In this document: in pieces, positions 62,150-64,000 of the stretch
Position numbering within the stretch: position 1 is the stretch's first letter
Layout of the letters: the number at the start of each line of letters is the position of its first letter
Assembly: GCA_028023455.1 (NCBI GenBank)
Contig: JAQFVV010000009.1
Span: forward strand, 3,906,001 to 3,970,000
Reading direction: 5' to 3'
Length of the DNA stretch: 64,000 nt
From: Epiperipatus broadwayi
Lineage: Eukaryota; Animalia; Onychophora
The notes under the pieces: model-generated
Databases searched by the model: none
What the model was told of the DNA's origin: nothing
Seen by the model: only the letters and a program-made list of their open reading frames with translations
Made by a program: the position numbers and the translations under genes

Positions 62150-64000
62150 GTCAAAAAGAGAAAATGGCTGCCAAAAGTAAAACAATGCATTTCTTAAAAG
62201 GAAGAAAATATAATGCTGAACAAAATTAGTTTTAGTAAATTACTTATTATTAAAATTCAAATGGCAAGAAGTTCACAAAGACTTTCATTAGATGAGCTGA
62301 AACAAACCATGTGAAGATTAATGAACTGTATAATTATTGGCTGCATGTAAAATAAGATATTTTCATACACTAAAGATATTCCATACCAATTCCCCAAAAT
62401 AAACAGGATAAATTATTGTCAGTAGTATAATTTTATTGTACTTGTTACATTATTAAATTAGTGCCTCAGCAAACAAAAATAAACTTGCTGATATTTATAC
62501 TCAAGTTGTATATTTATTATTTATTTTCATCTACACAGCTAAGATTGTCTCCTGTGGACATGGCAGATGGTTCCGACAACAGATTTTAAGTATAACTTGC
62601 CTAGAATATTAAAAGAAAGAATTGTAAGTTTGCATGGAAAAAGTGAAGAGGAAAAATGGCAGTTCCCACTCACAACTTGCATCAATTTGATGTCAGTCAT
62701 CCCTCAATGTGGTATATATATATATATATGTAGAGCACGTAGATCATTATATGAAGATTAGTAAAATTGAAGATAATAAGTTTAAAGTTTCAACACAGTT
62801 ATTTTTAGCCAATAGCAATGTTCTACAAAATGCTAAGTAACTATGTGATCCCAAGACTTCAGAAGATTTACCAAACAATGAATTAATAGAAAATTTTACT
62901 ACATATTTTCAGCCAGTGAATAAGAAGAGGATAGCTCATTTGCATTTTTGAATGAGAAAACAACTATTGAGAGAGAATTACCAAGATTACAATCTGGCAT
63001 TGCGTATATTGGTCAGACATTGTGAATTTATGATGGACATACTCCTGGATGGTATGTTGGATGACAATCTTAGGAAAACTACTAAATAAAGTGAATATAA
63101 CACACAGAATGGCTATTGCTAAATGTATAGCACATGAGCTAACAACAGATAATGCATCTGAATATCAAGCAATAGCAAATGAATAAAATACCACAAATAT
63201 ATGCAGAGCTAAGATGGATAAATCACCTAAAAAATTCATAAGAAATGAATTAACATGCTATTGTTGCAGAACTGTAGGGCAAATAAAAAAGGGCGTGCAA
63301 ATTCAAATCAAAGAAATGCCATATTTGTGGCATTAAAGAACACTTAGCTCAAGTTTTCAGAAAAGGTGAAAAAGACAAGTCACCCATGAACTTTAAATTA
63401 GAAGCAGACTTTGTAGAAGTTAGAGATAAAGTCATTAAATGCCTCAAACAATAACCAAATTACTTAGAATGTAGCCATTTGTGAAATTAAGGTCAATATG
63501 GAAGTTGTCAGTTGGGCTGGATTATTGATTTTATCTTTGAAAGAGTGGAATAAAATTCATGTTAAATCCAAGCAGGGAATAAAATTGGATAAGACAAATG
63601 TATTGGCCACTGATGTAAATGGAAACAGAATGCAAATATGTGGAAAAGTTTTTGTTTCAGTAAAAGTAAATTAAAAATTTTACCATTGTTTATTATAAAG
63701 AGAGACATTAGTCCACTACTCTTTCAAAACTGGTTTTATCTATTACAAATCTGTCTTAAAATCATTAAGAAGGTTAAACTAGAAACAGAAGTTAGAATAA
63801 AGTTTCTTCAGCTGTTTAAACAGGAAATAGTTGAATTAAAAATAAGACCAGTAGTCGAGGAATTAGCTAAAGGTGCACAACCTACAGTGTATAAACCATG
63901 AAAAGTTCCCCTATGCTCTGAAGTCAAATATTAAAGAGACAATATCATATACTGTAAAAAAGTGCTATCACCTGTAGAAGACTCAATATGGGCTACTTCT
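62150..64000 (+). mobile_element. Gypsy-type gag-pol remnant running off the window end
   Basis: Two degenerate zinc-knuckle remnants at ~63255-63350. KGAQPTVYKP*KVPYAL...ISPVEDSIWAT is the typical Gypsy RT entry motif. Confidence 0.7.

Noticed and set aside
1-64000. CRISPR array, rRNA or bacterial operon
   Set aside because: No regularly spaced repeats, rRNA similarity or prokaryotic gene density.

Overview
Very AT-rich, CpG-depleted eukaryotic genomic DNA, probably from an invertebrate animal (inference). No prokaryotic features or CRISPR array were seen. The dominant feature is a young Penelope-like retroelement (PLE; RT plus C-terminal GIY-YIG) at 23976-28859. It has two near-identical ~2.17 kb arms in inverted orientation around a central partial pLTR. 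Reading by eye finds six minimal type I hammerhead ribozyme (HHR) motifs from four sequence families. One is an atypical U3-A8 core variant in both outer ends of the PLE. Another lies in a non-coding repeat family with a ~436-nt period that resembles a retrozyme. Six short insertions from three families share one architecture: an inverted partial copy plus a sense copy, flanked by 11-19 bp target-site duplications (TSDs). The window also holds decayed RTE, L1/Tx1-like and other LINE fragments, Gypsy-like remnants, a tRNA-Gly-derived SINE family and several putative short host exons that I cannot assign to a known gene. All ribozyme and exon calls are manual pattern reads and have not been checked computationally or experimentally.
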